Of a stretch of 52,867 nucleotides of DNA, positions 7,801-16,383 are shown in pieces; position 1 is the first letter of the stretch, and the number at the start of each line of letters is the position of its first letter. This stretch comes from Deltaproteobacteria bacterium. GTDB taxonomy: Bacteria; Desulfobacterota; Desulfarculia; Adiutricales; Adiutricaceae. The stretch spans positions 1-52,867 of the forward strand of contig JAISFP010000457.1 in the NCBI GenBank assembly GCA_031263525.1, written 5' to 3'. The notes below the pieces were generated by a model. The model saw nothing but the letters and a program-made list of their open reading frames with translations, was not told the origin of the DNA and searched no databases. Position numbers and translations under genes: made by a program.

Positions 7801-9911
7801 AGGGACAGGAGCATCGCCATGTGGCTCACCTCCCAGGCGTCGCCGCACTCGCAGACGACGCCCGTGGAGACCCTCCTGCCGTCGGCTATGAGCTTCTGGT
7901 TCACGGCGGCCACGGAGAGGAGGGACGGAACCGGCAGGAGGACGGGGACGTCGGACGGGTCGTGGGACGCGTGTCCGGGCCCCGTCCCGTTTCCGGAAAA
8001 GCCCGGCACGGGCTTCCCCGCCGCGCGGTCGGAGACTATGATGATCCTCGCGCCCGCCGCCGCCGCGTCCGAGGCCCTGCGGGCGATGCCGGAGAGGGCC
8101 GTCAGGAGCGCCGCGCCCGGGCAGTCGCCCGGGGCGGGGGGCACGAAGGTGGCGTCCAGCACCTCGGCGTGGAAGTCGTCGTAGCGGAGATCCTTCTCGA
8201 GCCTGGCCAGGTCGCTGTTGGAGAGGAAGGGGTGCGCGAGCTTGACGAGCCTGGCCTGGCCGGGCTCCTCGGCCAGGATGTTCGGGTCGTAGCCCATGAA
8301 GGTCATGAGGCTCATGACCAGCTCCTCCCGGATGGGATCTATGGGAGGGTTGGTCACCTGGGCGAACTGCTGGCGGAAGAAGCTGAAGAGGGATCCGGGC
8401 CTGTCGTCCAGGACCGCCAGCGGCACGTCCGCGCCCATGCTGCCGACCGGCTCCTGGCCGGAGGATGCCATGGGGGCCAGTATCACCTCGGTGTCGTCGC
8501 GGGTCATGCCGAAGATATGCTGTCGGAACCTCAGGTCCTCCAGGCTGAGCCGGAAGTCGGTGGACACGGAGAAGAAGCCGGGGATGTCCAGGCGGTTGCG
8601 CTCCACCCAGCGGCGGTAGGGCCTGGCCCGGGCCAGTATCGACTTGATTTCCGTGTTCTTAAGGAGCCTCCCCGAGCCGGCCTCGGCCAGGAGCATCTGG
8701 CCGGGCCTGAGAGACCCGTTCTCCAGCACGTGGCGCGGCTCCACAGGGAGCGACCCGGCCTCGGAGGAGAAGATGAGCACCCCCTCGTCCGTGAGCGTGT
8801 AGCGGGCGGGCCTGAGCCCGTTGCGGTCCAGGGCCGCGGCCACCTTGCGGCCGTCTGTCACGCACACCGCGGCGGGCCCGTCCCAGGGCTCCATGAGGCC
8901 CGCGTGGTACTCGAAGAAGCCGCGCAGGTTGGAGCTCATGGGGTACTTCTTGCCCCAGGCCTGGGGCAGGAGCATCGCGAGCGAGTGCTCGAGCGAACGG
9001 CCCCCGCGCATCAGGAACTCCAGGGTGTTGTCCAGGCTCGCCGAGTCCGAGGCGTCCGGCTCGATGAGCGGGAAGAGCTTCTTCACGTCGTCCCCGAACA
9101 GGGGGCTCGACAGCTGGGGCTCCCTGGCAGTGAGCCAGGCCCGGTTGCCGCGGATGGTGTTTATCTCCCCGTTGTGGCCCAGAGCCCTGAAGGGCTGGGC
9201 CAGCCGCCAGGAGGGGAAGGTGTTGGTGCTGTAGCGCTGGTGGATGACGGTGAGCGGGCTCTCGGCCAGAGGGTCGGCTAGCTCGGGGAAGAAGCCCTCC
9301 AGCTGGGCCGCGTACATCATCCCCTTGTAGACTATGGTCACGCACGACAGGCTCGGCACGTAGAAGTCGTCGTGGTCGATGGCCGCGTCCCGCGCCGCCC
9401 TCTCCACGCACTTGCGGAGCACGTAGAGCCCCCGCTCCAGCTCCGCCTCGTCGCGGTACCCCTTGCCCGGGGCGTGGAAGAACCCCTGCCAGACGTCCGG
9501 GCGGCGCTCGCGCGCGTAGCGGCCTACCTTGGCGGGATCCGTCGGCACGTGCCTCCACGCGGCGGTGCGGAAGCCGAGGAGCCCCGCCTGGTTGTCCACT
9601 ATCTCCCGGCACCGCTCGCGGACACCCGGGTCCAGGGGCATGAAGAACATGCCAACCCCGTAGGTGCCGGCAGGCGGCAGGGCGTTCCCCAGCTCGCGGC
9701 GGAAGAGGGCGTCCGGGATGCGGAGAATTATCCCCGCCCCGTCCCCCGAGTCGGCGTCCGCCCCCGCGGCGCCGCGGTGGGTGAGGTTGGTGAGGAGCCT
9801 GAGGGAGGACGACACCACCTCGTGGTCGGAGCGCCCGTCAAGACGGCACACGCAGCCGACCCCGCAGGAGCCGTGCTCGTACGCCGGGTCGTACAGTCCT
9901 AAATTCTGCAT
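4815..9911 (-). CDS. gltB: Glutamate synthase (GOGAT) large subunit, with low-complexity insertions
   Basis: The start is set at the in-frame ATG at 9911 (MQNLGLYDPAYEHGSCGVGCV, the Ntn-amidotransferase Cys motif). Central and FMN domains are present (SGEGGEDP, PGEGGQLPG, ISPPPHHDIYSIEDLAQLI-like). The C-terminal beta-helix GXGXG region is present (GAVTGELYMRGLAGERFAVRNSG...GDHGCEYMTGG). The ORF-track extension up to 10955 is P/G/R-rich and repeat-derived, so it is not taken as coding. Confidence 0.92.
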   Translation of the reverse strand: MQNLGLYDPAYEHGSCGVGCVCRLDGRSDHEVVSSSLRLLTNLTHRGAAGADADSGDGAGIILRIPDALFRRELGNALPPAGTYGVGMFFMPLDPGVRERCREIVDNQAGLLGFRTAAWRHVPTDPAKVGRYARERRPDVWQGFFHAPGKGYRDEAELERGLYVLRKCVERAARDAAIDHDDFYVPSLSCVTIVYKGMMYAAQLEGFFPELADPLAESPLTVIHQRYSTNTFPSWRLAQPFRALGHNGEINTIRGNRAWLTAREPQLSSPLFGDDVKKLFPLIEPDASDSASLDNTLEFLMRGGRSLEHSLAMLLPQAWGKKYPMSSNLRGFFEYHAGLMEPWDGPAAVCVTDGRKVAAALDRNGLRPARYTLTDEGVLIFSSEAGSLPVEPRHVLENGSLRPGQMLLAEAGSGRLLKNTEIKSILARARPYRRWVERNRLDIPGFFSVSTDFRLSLEDLRFRQHIFGMTRDDTEVILAPMASSGQEPVGSMGADVPLAVLDDRPGSLFSFFRQQFAQVTNPPIDPIREELVMSLMTFMGYDPNILAEEPGQARLVKLAHPFLSNSDLARLEKDLRYDDFHAEVLDATFVPPAPGDCPGAALLTALSGIARRASDAAAAGARIIIVSDRAAGKPVPGFSGNGTGPGHASHDPSDVPVLLPVPSLLSVAAVNQKLIADGRRVSTGVVCECGDAWEVSHMAMLLSLGASAVNPYLAYETVAELAGRDALAAPMGAAAAVENYVKALRKGLLKIMSKMGISTLRGYRGAQIFEAVGLGPGVMESFFPGIPSRVGGLEAADFERSIVERLDGAWDHHPYVVSGLADMAAPDSHVAPDGGLFPSPGIEGASSLRRGAAPDARDGRHAGDSAGQSPPDGGGRRNQADRQQRADRHGQTGAPGHGRKVFGWTPESPRPGTDAPRGPAPGAGAPDGPSVRAGRPVRPLAEGGAYRLRNQGVRHLWTAESVTLLQEAVRGGSYETYRKYAALINDQGEKAFTLRGLLDFRPGEPQVPLDEVEPEEEIVKRFATGAMSFGSLSKEAHETMAIAMNSLGGRSNSGEGGEDPARYAPRADGLSTISAVKQVASGRFGVTLEYLNHAKELQIKIAQGAKPGEGGQLPGHKVDTEIARVRHSTPGVTLISPPPHHDIYSIEDIAQLIYDLHQAADEATVCVKLVSEVGVGTIAAGVAKGMAESILISGFDGGTGASPLSSIRHAGSPWEVGLSETQQTLVRNHLRARVRLQVDGQMKTGRDVAVASLLGADEFGFATAVLISMGCLMMRKCHTNGCPVGVATQDPRLRSRFRGTPEHVKNYFRFVARELREIMAFLGFRTMAEMTGRCDRLEPRRDAPAAKGRGLDYSAVLYRPEEGECRFTGYHDTRDRGTLDDRLLPGLMESIETGVPVEVDVPVRNTDRTVGAKISSRIVRLHAHEGLPSDTVRIRLSGTAGQSFGAFAAHGLTLEIRGEVNDYVGKGLSGGKLIVRPPDDAHPDFVPSKNTIAGNVTLYGAVTGELYMRGLAGERFAVRNSGALAVVEGIGDHGCEYMTGGRVVVLGPVGVNFGAGMSGGLAFVLDQDGYFDVRVNHEMVDLDLLDSEDEEELLALMRRHLLYTGSDVARGILQSWPRDRDRFVKVFPLEYRKGIVLERRKFIFPEDDPANEAVAGVAPTAVPAGSATAPASGAGPVQAAVPAAEPVPDAGTGSRAAR

Positions 9912-9972
9912 TTTGAAGCTCTGGATTCGCAGGATGCGCGGAGGCCGCAACATCGCCGGGGCCTGGCCGCGA

Positions 9973-10010
9973 TGGGGGGGGGATTTCCGGAGACCTGCCG
10001 GGGGGGGGGG
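9973..10010 (-). other. Two homopolymer tracts (G10 at 9973-9982, G11 at 10000-10010 on the plus strand; C10/C11 on the gltB coding strand), 62-99 nt upstream of the gltB ATG
   Basis: Counted directly from the sequence blocks atgggggggg gg and g gggggggggg. Confidence 0.9.
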
Positions 10011-10610
10011 ACGGAGGACGGGGCCTGAGGCCTTTACCTCCGCAAAAGGCAGGTACTGGTCCGGAACGCGAATAGTATCACAAACGGACGGTTCCCGGTC
10101 AACACGGAAACGCCGCCCGGAGGACGCCGCCCTGGACGCGGTGGCACGGCAAGGGAAGCATTGGCGGCGGCCCGGGGCTCCTGTCCCGGTTCTTGGGAAT
10201 CCTGGACGGCCAAGATCCCGCTCCCGCAGGCCGGATCCCGGCTCCGAGGAGGTTCCGGTCCGGGTCCGTTCCGGATCCGGGAGACCCGGAGGTTCCGCGC
10301 GGCAGCGGCACTGAAGTGCCCGGCCGGCTCCACGGACCCCGCCGAGGAGGGCGGGCCGAGAGGCCCGGTGACGGACGGCGCCGGGAGGCCGCAGGGCCGT
10401 CGCAAGGGGATCGACCGCGCCCCTCCGGAGCAGGGCCGGGGAAAGGCCCGGCGCCGGTGGAACGCCCCTGCCCAGAGTGCCGCGAAGCCCGGAACCGGCT
10501 GGTGCCGGCCCGGGCTTCGCCGAGCTTGGCCTGGCAGGGCCGGGCCTCTGGGACGGGCAAGCCGTCCGGGGCATGGCGGCAGTCGCCGGGCGCCGGGGCG
10601 GCCTGAGGGC

Positions 10611-10872
10611 GGAGGGGCGGGACCCGGACCGTTCCGGGCACCGCAGGCTGGCAGGACCGGGCCCGGACCGCTCCGGGCCCCGCCCGAGGGCGTGACTGGA
10701 CCCTGACGGCTCCGGGCCACGCAGGTTCACGGAGGGACCCGGAACGGACCCCAGCCGGGGGCAGGACGGGACCCGGACCGTTCCGGGCCACGCAGGCTGG
10801 CAGGACGGGACCCGGACCGTTCCGGGCCAAGCAGGCTGGCAGGACGGGACCCGGACCGTTCCGGGCCCGGCT
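10611..10872. repeat. 39-bp tandem repeat GCAGGACGGGACCCGGACCGTTCCGGGCCA(C/A)GCAGGCTG: 3 near-perfect copies (10761-10870) preceded by about 4 degenerate copies
   Basis: Unit starts were read at 10761, 10800 and 10839. Each unit contains the small hairpin CCCGGA-CCGT-TCCGGG. The array lies between the glnN stop and the gltB start. Confidence 0.8.
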
Positions 10873-11003
10873 TGAATGGTGAGGACGGGAGCGGGCCTGG
10901 CCCCGCCCGAGGTCGGGGCGGGACCAGGAAGGCTCGGGACCCCGCAGTCCGGCACGGCACGGCGGGGCCGCGCCCGGAGGTGCCGGAGGCCGGACGGCGG
11001 GGG

Positions 11004-13193
11004 CTACTGCCAGAGGAGCTCCCAGTACTTCGGGAGGGGCCAGCGGTTGTCGTCCACCAGGAGCTCGATGGCGTCCACGTGGCCGCGGATCTGGAGCATG
11101 AGCGGCAGGAGGACGTCGCGGACTGTCTTGGCGGCCGCGAGCGGCTCGTGGAGGTTGTCCACCTCGTCCGCCTTGGCGTCCAGGACGCCCAGGTCCCTGT
11201 GGAGGTTCCCGGACAGGACGGCGAGCTCGGTGGCGAGCGCCGATGCCGCGTCGGAGGCGCCGGAGATCCCGGAGTTCTTGAGCGAGGTCACCAGGTCGGA
11301 GGCCTTCTTGAGGGAGTCCATCGCCACGGGCAGGATGGACGAGCGGCCCAGCTGCCTCACCAGCTTGCACTCCACCATGCAGACCTTGACGTAGTTCTCC
11401 AGGAGGATGTCCTGGCGGGCCGTGAGCTCGCGCTCGGTCAGGACCCCGAAGCGGAGGAAGACGTCCTTCACCTCCGGGTCGGTGTAGTGGGCTATGGCCT
11501 CGACGGAGTCCTTCAGGTTCCACAGCCCGCGCCTCTCGGCCTCGATCTCCCAGGCGGGGTCGTAGTTGTTGTCGTTGAAGACGACCGGCAGGTGCTTCTC
11601 GAAGAACTTCGGCAGCACCTGGTGGGCGGCCTTCTCCGGGTCGAGGCCTCCGTCCCGGGCCTTCTCCAGCTCGGCGCAGATGTCGTCCAGGGCGCAGGCC
11701 ACGGAGGAGTTCAGGGCGATGTTCGCCGGCGCTATGGACTGCGAGCTCCCCACGGCCCGGAACTCGAACTTGTTGCCGGTGAAGGCGAAGGGGCTCGTGC
11801 GGTTGCGGTCGGTTATGTCGCGGGCGAGCGGGGCCAGGGCCGAGATGCCGGGGGCCATGGCGCCCGTGCGCCAGCTCTCGACGGAGTCCGATCCCTTGAC
11901 GAAGGCGCTTATGACGTCCGTGAGCTGGTCGCCCAGGAAGACCGAGAGGATCGCCGGGGGGGCCTCGTTCGCGCCCAGGCGGTGGTCGTTGCCGGCGCCG
12001 GTGACGCCTATGCGGAGGGGGATGCCGTAGATGTGGACCGCGCGGAGGACCGCGGCCAGGAACACCATGAAGCGGGTGTTGGCCCAGGGCTCGGGGCCGG
12101 GCTCCACCAGGTTGTTCCCCAGGTCGTCGCACAGCGACCAGTTGTTGTGCTTGCCCGAGCCGTTCACCCCGGCGAAGGGCTTCTCGTGCAGGAGGCAGGC
12201 CAGCCCGAACTCGGCCGCAGTGTCGCGGAGGATCTTCAGGACCAGCATGTTATGGTCGACGCCCAGGTTGACCTGCTCGTAGAGGGGCGCCAGCTCGAAC
12301 TGGGCCGGGGCGACCTCGTTGTGGCGGGTGCGGGCGGGGATGCCCAGCGCCCACAGGCGGTTCTCGACCTCGGCCATGAAGGCGAGCGAGCGGGGCCTGA
12401 TGGCGCCGAAGTAATGGTCCTCGAGCTCCTGGCCCTTGGCCGCCGGGGCGCCGAAGACCGTGCGCCCGCTCATGATGAGATCGGGCCGCAGGCTGTAGAG
12501 CCTCCGGTCGACAAGGAAGTACTCCTGCTCGGGCCCGACCATCGCGCGGACCCGCTGGGGCCTCTCGTCGCCGAAGAAGCGGAGCACCCTCAGCGCCTGC
12601 CTGGACACCGCCTCCTGGCTGCGGAGGAGGGGGGTCTTGGCGTCCAGCGCCTCGCCCGTGTGGGAGAGGAAGATGGAGGGCACGTAAAGGGTCCTGCCGG
12701 TGCCGGAGTTCAGGAGGAACGCCGGGCTGGTGGGGTCCCAGGCGGTGTAGCCGCGCGCCTCGAAGGTGCTCCTGATCCCGCCCGAGGGGAAGGAGGAGGC
12801 GTCGGGCTCGCCCTTGATGAGGAGCTTGCCGGAGAACTCGTTGATGATGTCCCCCTGCGGCGTGGGGGTCAGGAAGGCGTCGTGCTTCTCGGCGGTGAGG
12901 CCCGTGAGCGGCTGGAACCAGTGCGTGAAGTGGGTGGCGCCGCGCTCGATGGCCCAGTCCTTCATGGCGCTCGCTATCACGTCCGCGTCCGCGGGGCTTA
13001 TGGGGGAGTCGTTCTCGATGGTGGATACGAGCCTCTCGTAGACGGTCTTGGGCAGGCGCTGCCGCATGACGTTCAGGCTGAAGATGTCCTTCCCGAACAG
13101 CTCGGTGGGGGGGAGCCCCTCGCCCTCGGGGATGTGCCCGTTCGTCTGGGCGATGAAGGCCTTTACGGAAACGCGGGGGATGCTCTTGGTCAT
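11004..13193 (-). CDS. glnN: Glutamine synthetase, type III (GlnN-like, 729 aa)
   Basis: The length and N-terminal region (FGKDIFSLNVMRQRLPKTVY...THFTHWFQPLTG) are typical of GSIII. A catalytic core is present (NGSGKHNNWS, FEFRAVGSSQS). An AAGGAG Shine-Dalgarno lies 6-11 nt upstream of the ATG at 13193. Confidence 0.93.
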   Translation of the reverse strand: MTKSIPRVSVKAFIAQTNGHIPEGEGLPPTELFGKDIFSLNVMRQRLPKTVYERLVSTIENDSPISPADADVIASAMKDWAIERGATHFTHWFQPLTGLTAEKHDAFLTPTPQGDIINEFSGKLLIKGEPDASSFPSGGIRSTFEARGYTAWDPTSPAFLLNSGTGRTLYVPSIFLSHTGEALDAKTPLLRSQEAVSRQALRVLRFFGDERPQRVRAMVGPEQEYFLVDRRLYSLRPDLIMSGRTVFGAPAAKGQELEDHYFGAIRPRSLAFMAEVENRLWALGIPARTRHNEVAPAQFELAPLYEQVNLGVDHNMLVLKILRDTAAEFGLACLLHEKPFAGVNGSGKHNNWSLCDDLGNNLVEPGPEPWANTRFMVFLAAVLRAVHIYGIPLRIGVTGAGNDHRLGANEAPPAILSVFLGDQLTDVISAFVKGSDSVESWRTGAMAPGISALAPLARDITDRNRTSPFAFTGNKFEFRAVGSSQSIAPANIALNSSVACALDDICAELEKARDGGLDPEKAAHQVLPKFFEKHLPVVFNDNNYDPAWEIEAERRGLWNLKDSVEAIAHYTDPEVKDVFLRFGVLTERELTARQDILLENYVKVCMVECKLVRQLGRSSILPVAMDSLKKASDLVTSLKNSGISGASDAASALATELAVLSGNLHRDLGVLDAKADEVDNLHEPLAAAKTVRDVLLPLMLQIRGHVDAIELLVDDNRWPLPKYWELLWQ

Positions 13194-13344
13194 GTGTGCT
13201 CCTTGGGGTTGGATGCCTGGGATTGCAATTCATCCCCCTCTGACGCTTGCTTGGGGGGGGAGGGGAGGCAGGATCGCGCCCTCGCGGGGCCCGGACGGGG
13301 GACGCCGGTCAGATGCGCCCCGGGCGGCCGGGAACGCCCGCGAG

Positions 13345-13600
13345 GGCCGGAAGGGCTTGAAGGCGGCCCGGGAGGCCGGAAGACGGCCTTAGAGGTAAGG
13401 AAGGACCGGAAGGCGGCCCGGGAGGCCTGAAGGCGGCCTTAGAGGTCGGAAGGGCCGGAAGGGCCGGAAGGCGGCCTTAGAGGACGGAAGGGCCGGAAGG
13501 CGGCCCGGGAGGCCGAAAGGGCCGGAAGGCTGCCTGATAAGGAGGGAAGTGCCGGAAAGCCGGCAGAACGCCGGAGGGCCTGAGAGTCCGGAAGGGCCCA
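13345..13600. repeat. G-rich degenerate tandem repeats (GGAAGGCGGCCCGGGAGGCC / GGCCTTAGAGG / GGAAGGGCCGGAAGG blocks)
   Basis: Read directly; the blocks recur about every 20-60 bp. Confidence 0.65.
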
Positions 13601-13709
13601 CGGGCGGCATGAGGCACAGGGAAGGCTCCGGGCAAGGCAGATGGCCTGGCGCGGGGCCTCTCCGGGGACGTCATGTACCGGCGAAAAAGATCCGTTCTCA
13701 GGATGCTTT

Positions 13710-13726
13710 TGCAACAATTGTGCACA
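13710..13726 (-). promoter_or_regulatory. Weak sigma-54-like -24/-12 element (minus strand TGTGCAC-AATTG-TTGCA) about 520 nt upstream of glnN
   Basis: The -12 TTGCA and the 5-nt spacer fit TGGCAC-N5-TTGCA. The normally invariant -24 GG is TG here. It sits in an AT-richer patch (13670-13830). Confidence 0.15.
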
Positions 13727-13965
13727 AGGCGGACATTTTTCTGTGACGGCAAAATATCCAGCAATATCAAGGAGTTAGCCGCTCCAGGATGCCTGAGTCC
13801 GTCAGGGGGCGTCCAGATTATCCGACATAAACGTAGAAAACGCGACAGCTTTCCGACGCCGAGGGGGGTTTCGCCGGGCGGCTACAGCGCCGTACCGGGC
13901 GGGCCGGCGAAAGGGTACGGCAGGCCGGACGTCCGGCCCCGGCAGGAAGCTGGAAGGGGACCGAG

Positions 13966-14040
13966 GGTCCGGCAGGGAGGGGAAGGGCCGCGGGTCCGGC
14001 AGGGAGGGGAAGGGGCCGCGGGTCCCGGCAGGGAGGCGGA
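13966..14040. repeat. About 29-bp tandem repeat GGTCCGGCAGGGAGGGGAAGGGCCGCG x3; each unit carries a canonical G-quadruplex motif on the plus strand
   Basis: Read directly. GGGAGGGGAAGGGCCGCGGG fits G3+N1-7 repeated four times. Confidence 0.7.
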
Positions 14041-14703
14041 AGTGGATCCGAATGTGCCGGCAGGGGGAACGGGCCGCAGGACTCGGCAAACGGGAGGCGG
14101 CAGGCGGCATGAGACCCAGGCCGGATGCCAGGGGAGACGGAGGGCTGGGCAGGGAAGAGGCCGGCCCGCCGGAGGGCCGGGGGCCTTCTGGGCAGGGAGG
14201 CCGAAAAGTCCCGGTAGGCCGGACAGGGGCGAAGGCCGCGGCAGCCTGGGGGGATGCTGCCGGCCGGGCCAGATACCGCGGCGACCTGAGGCGTTGCCGG
14301 AAGGGGGGAAATGAGCCGGGCCCTGGAGCCCAGAGACTGGGAAGCCGGGGAAAAAACAGGACCCCGTTCCCGGCACGAAGATATGTCTGGAGAACCGGGG
14401 ACCGGAGGCCCGGACCGGGAAAGGACGCGCCGGGACGCCACCAAACCTCACCTTGTATACTCAGTTGCCTGGAATGCGCAAGCGCCGATTCTCCAGGCCT
14501 CCGTCCCTCCGGCGTCACGACCCGCAGGAAATCCGTCTCCCTGGCCGCAGGGCGGCCGTGAAGGCCCTGACCGCTCACGGGTGCCGACCCGGGAAAACGC
14601 CGGCGGCCCCGACCGGGGGGAGAGAGCCGCCGGGGCCAGGCGTCTCCAGGCCAGCCCAAGCACCCCTGGCCTGGAGCCGTCCCGGGAACACCCGGAAGGC
14701 CTG

Positions 14704-15560
14704 ATGTCAGGAAGCCATGGTCCCCGTCCCGTCAGGGTCAGGGGCATGGCCAGGATCCGCCTGAAAATCCCGTCCCGCAGGCCCCCCAGCCAGAAGCGCA
14801 TCCCCCCACGGCTCGGACCCCGGACCTCGCCCCGCGTTCCGCCCGAATCTGCCCACTCCCCTCCCGGACCGGTCAGAAACGACTGCCCGAGGCCGGTCGG
14901 AGCCCGTTGTGCCGCCCCGGAGGCCCCGGCCCGAGTCATGAGGGAGCAAGGAGCCGACACGGAGCACGCTGAGGTCCGAAGGTCCGGAAGCCATGTGCCC
15001 CGTCCCTTCGGGGCCAGGAACCTCCTGAAGAGCCTGTCCAGCAGGCTCCCGAACCGAAAGCGAGCCACCCTCCGTGCCCCGGACCCCGGACCTCACACCG
15101 AACTCCGCCCGAAAAGGCCGCCTCCCGGATCTGACTGAAATGTCCGCCCGCGGCCGATCTGGGCCAGCCGGTGCGCCGCCCCTCCCGGATCTGGCTGAAA
15201 TGTCAGCCCGAAGCCGTTAGGAACCCTCCGGACCTCCCCGGAGGTCCCGGCCCGTATCATGCCGGTTCCCGGAGCCGCACCGGAGCACCCGGAGATCCGC
15301 AGCTCCGGATGCCATGGGCCCCGGCACGCAGGGGCCAGGTTCCGCCCGAAGAGGCTGCCGCGTACTGCTCCGAGCCGGAAGCGCGCCCCCCCCCCGTGCC
15401 CCGGGCCAGGGCCTCTCCCGAGCTCCTCCAGAACCGGACCCCTCCCGTCCCGGAACAGGCGGGCAGGACGGCCGGAGGCAGTTCTGGGCCCCCCGCCCCG
15501 CGACGCACCAGGACCGGGAACGTCCCGGCACCTCCCCAGGTACCGTATCCCGCAGGGGGA
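14704..15560. repeat. Three diverged copies of a long (about 280-320 bp) repeat, anchored on GGA(A/T)GCCATG(G/T)(T/G)CCCCG at 14710, 14986 and 15307, plus an internal 30-bp direct repeat at 15121 and 15181
   Basis: Reading the sequence shows shared blocks (GGAGCAC..G.G.TCCG.AG.TCCGGAAGCCATG...GGGGCCAGG..CC.CC.GAAGAG). CCTCCCGGATCTG(A/G)CTGAAATGTC(C/A)GCCCG occurs twice, exactly 60 bp apart. Confidence 0.55.
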
Positions 15561-15770
15561 CAGGATCAGGCAGGAGAGCCTTTCCGGCTCGGACGCGCGC
15601 CCCGAGTCCCCCCCCTCCTCGCCTGGCTGCCGGACTCCGCCCGCCCTGCCGGCCCCGCCCCTGCCCTGGGAGGATCCTGGCGCGATCCCGGTCCATCCTG
15701 GCCCGGATGCCGCATTCCGGAAGGCCCGGGGACGGTCCCGGCTCCTGTCGCAAGCCTTTCCGGGGGCCGG

Positions 15771-15838
15771 AATCGATCATTTTTTATAATTTTTATTGAT
15801 TTTCCCTAAATCACGGGTTATCTATTGTTGTTTTCTTC
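15771..15838 (+). promoter_or_regulatory. AT-rich patch with a candidate sigma-70 promoter for dksA (TTGATT 15797-15802, 17-bp spacer, TATCTA 15820-15825)
   Basis: This is the only AT-rich stretch in the 2.8-kb spacer near dksA. The hexamers and spacing were read directly. The leader would be about 190 nt. Confidence 0.3.
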
Positions 15839-16023
15839 GGTCGCCCGGCCGCCTCCCGGTCGACCGGTCCTCCGTCCCTCTTCCTTGAGCCCCGACCGCC
15901 GCGACAGCGTTTCCGTCCGGGCGGCCACATGTGTTAACATTTTCTCCCCGCGGCCCCCGCGGCCGCCTCCGCAGGCGGCAGCCCGGGCCCGGGCAGACCA
16001 GGCCAAGACAAGGATCTTAACGT

Positions 16024-16383
16024 ATGGACAAAGATTTGCTGGAGAGATTCAGGGCCCTCCTCCTGGCGCAGCGCGAGGAGATCATGAGCCACGCCGCCTC
16101 TACCGTAAACGATCTGCTGGTCCAGGCCGAGAGCTTCCCCGACCCTGCGGACCGGGCCACCCTCGAGACCGACCGGAGCTTCACGCTGAGGCTCCGGGAG
16201 AGGGAGCGGCACCTCCTGAACAAGATCGACGAGGCCCTGGAGCGTATCAGCGACGGCTCCTTCGGTATCTGCGAGAACTGCGGGGACGATATCTCCATCG
16301 CGCGGCTGGAGGCGAGGCCCGTCTCCACGCTATGCATCAGCTGCAAGACCGCCCAGGAGGAGCAGGAGGCCCGCAGGGGCTAG
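16024..16383 (+). CDS. dksA: DksA/TraR-family C4 zinc-finger transcription factor
   Basis: 119 aa. A coiled-coil N-terminus is followed by CENCGDDI...CISC, the CxxC-N17-CxxC zinc finger typical of DksA. Confidence 0.9.
   Translation: MDKDLLERFRALLLAQREEIMSHAASTVNDLLVQAESFPDPADRATLETDRSFTLRLRERERHLLNKIDEALERISDGSFGICENCGDDISIARLEARPVSTLCISCKTAQEEQEARRG

Noticed and set aside
9912-10955. An upstream extension of the gltB ORF (348 extra codons in the ORF track).
   Set aside because: The translation is P/G/R/S-rich and derives from the 39-bp tandem array and the poly-C tracts. The conserved Ntn-amidotransferase N-terminus (M..CGVG) begins at the ATG at 9911.
13194-16023. Chromosomal replication origin (oriC) at the strand-orientation switch near the rpmH cluster.
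   Set aside because: I could not find a cluster of DnaA boxes (TTATCCACA or its complement). Only isolated near-matches were found, such as TTATCCGACA at about 13815. No dnaA or dnaN lies adjacent, and in characterised Desulfovibrio genomes the rpmH-yidC cluster is not at oriC. This is left as an open check via genome-wide GC skew.
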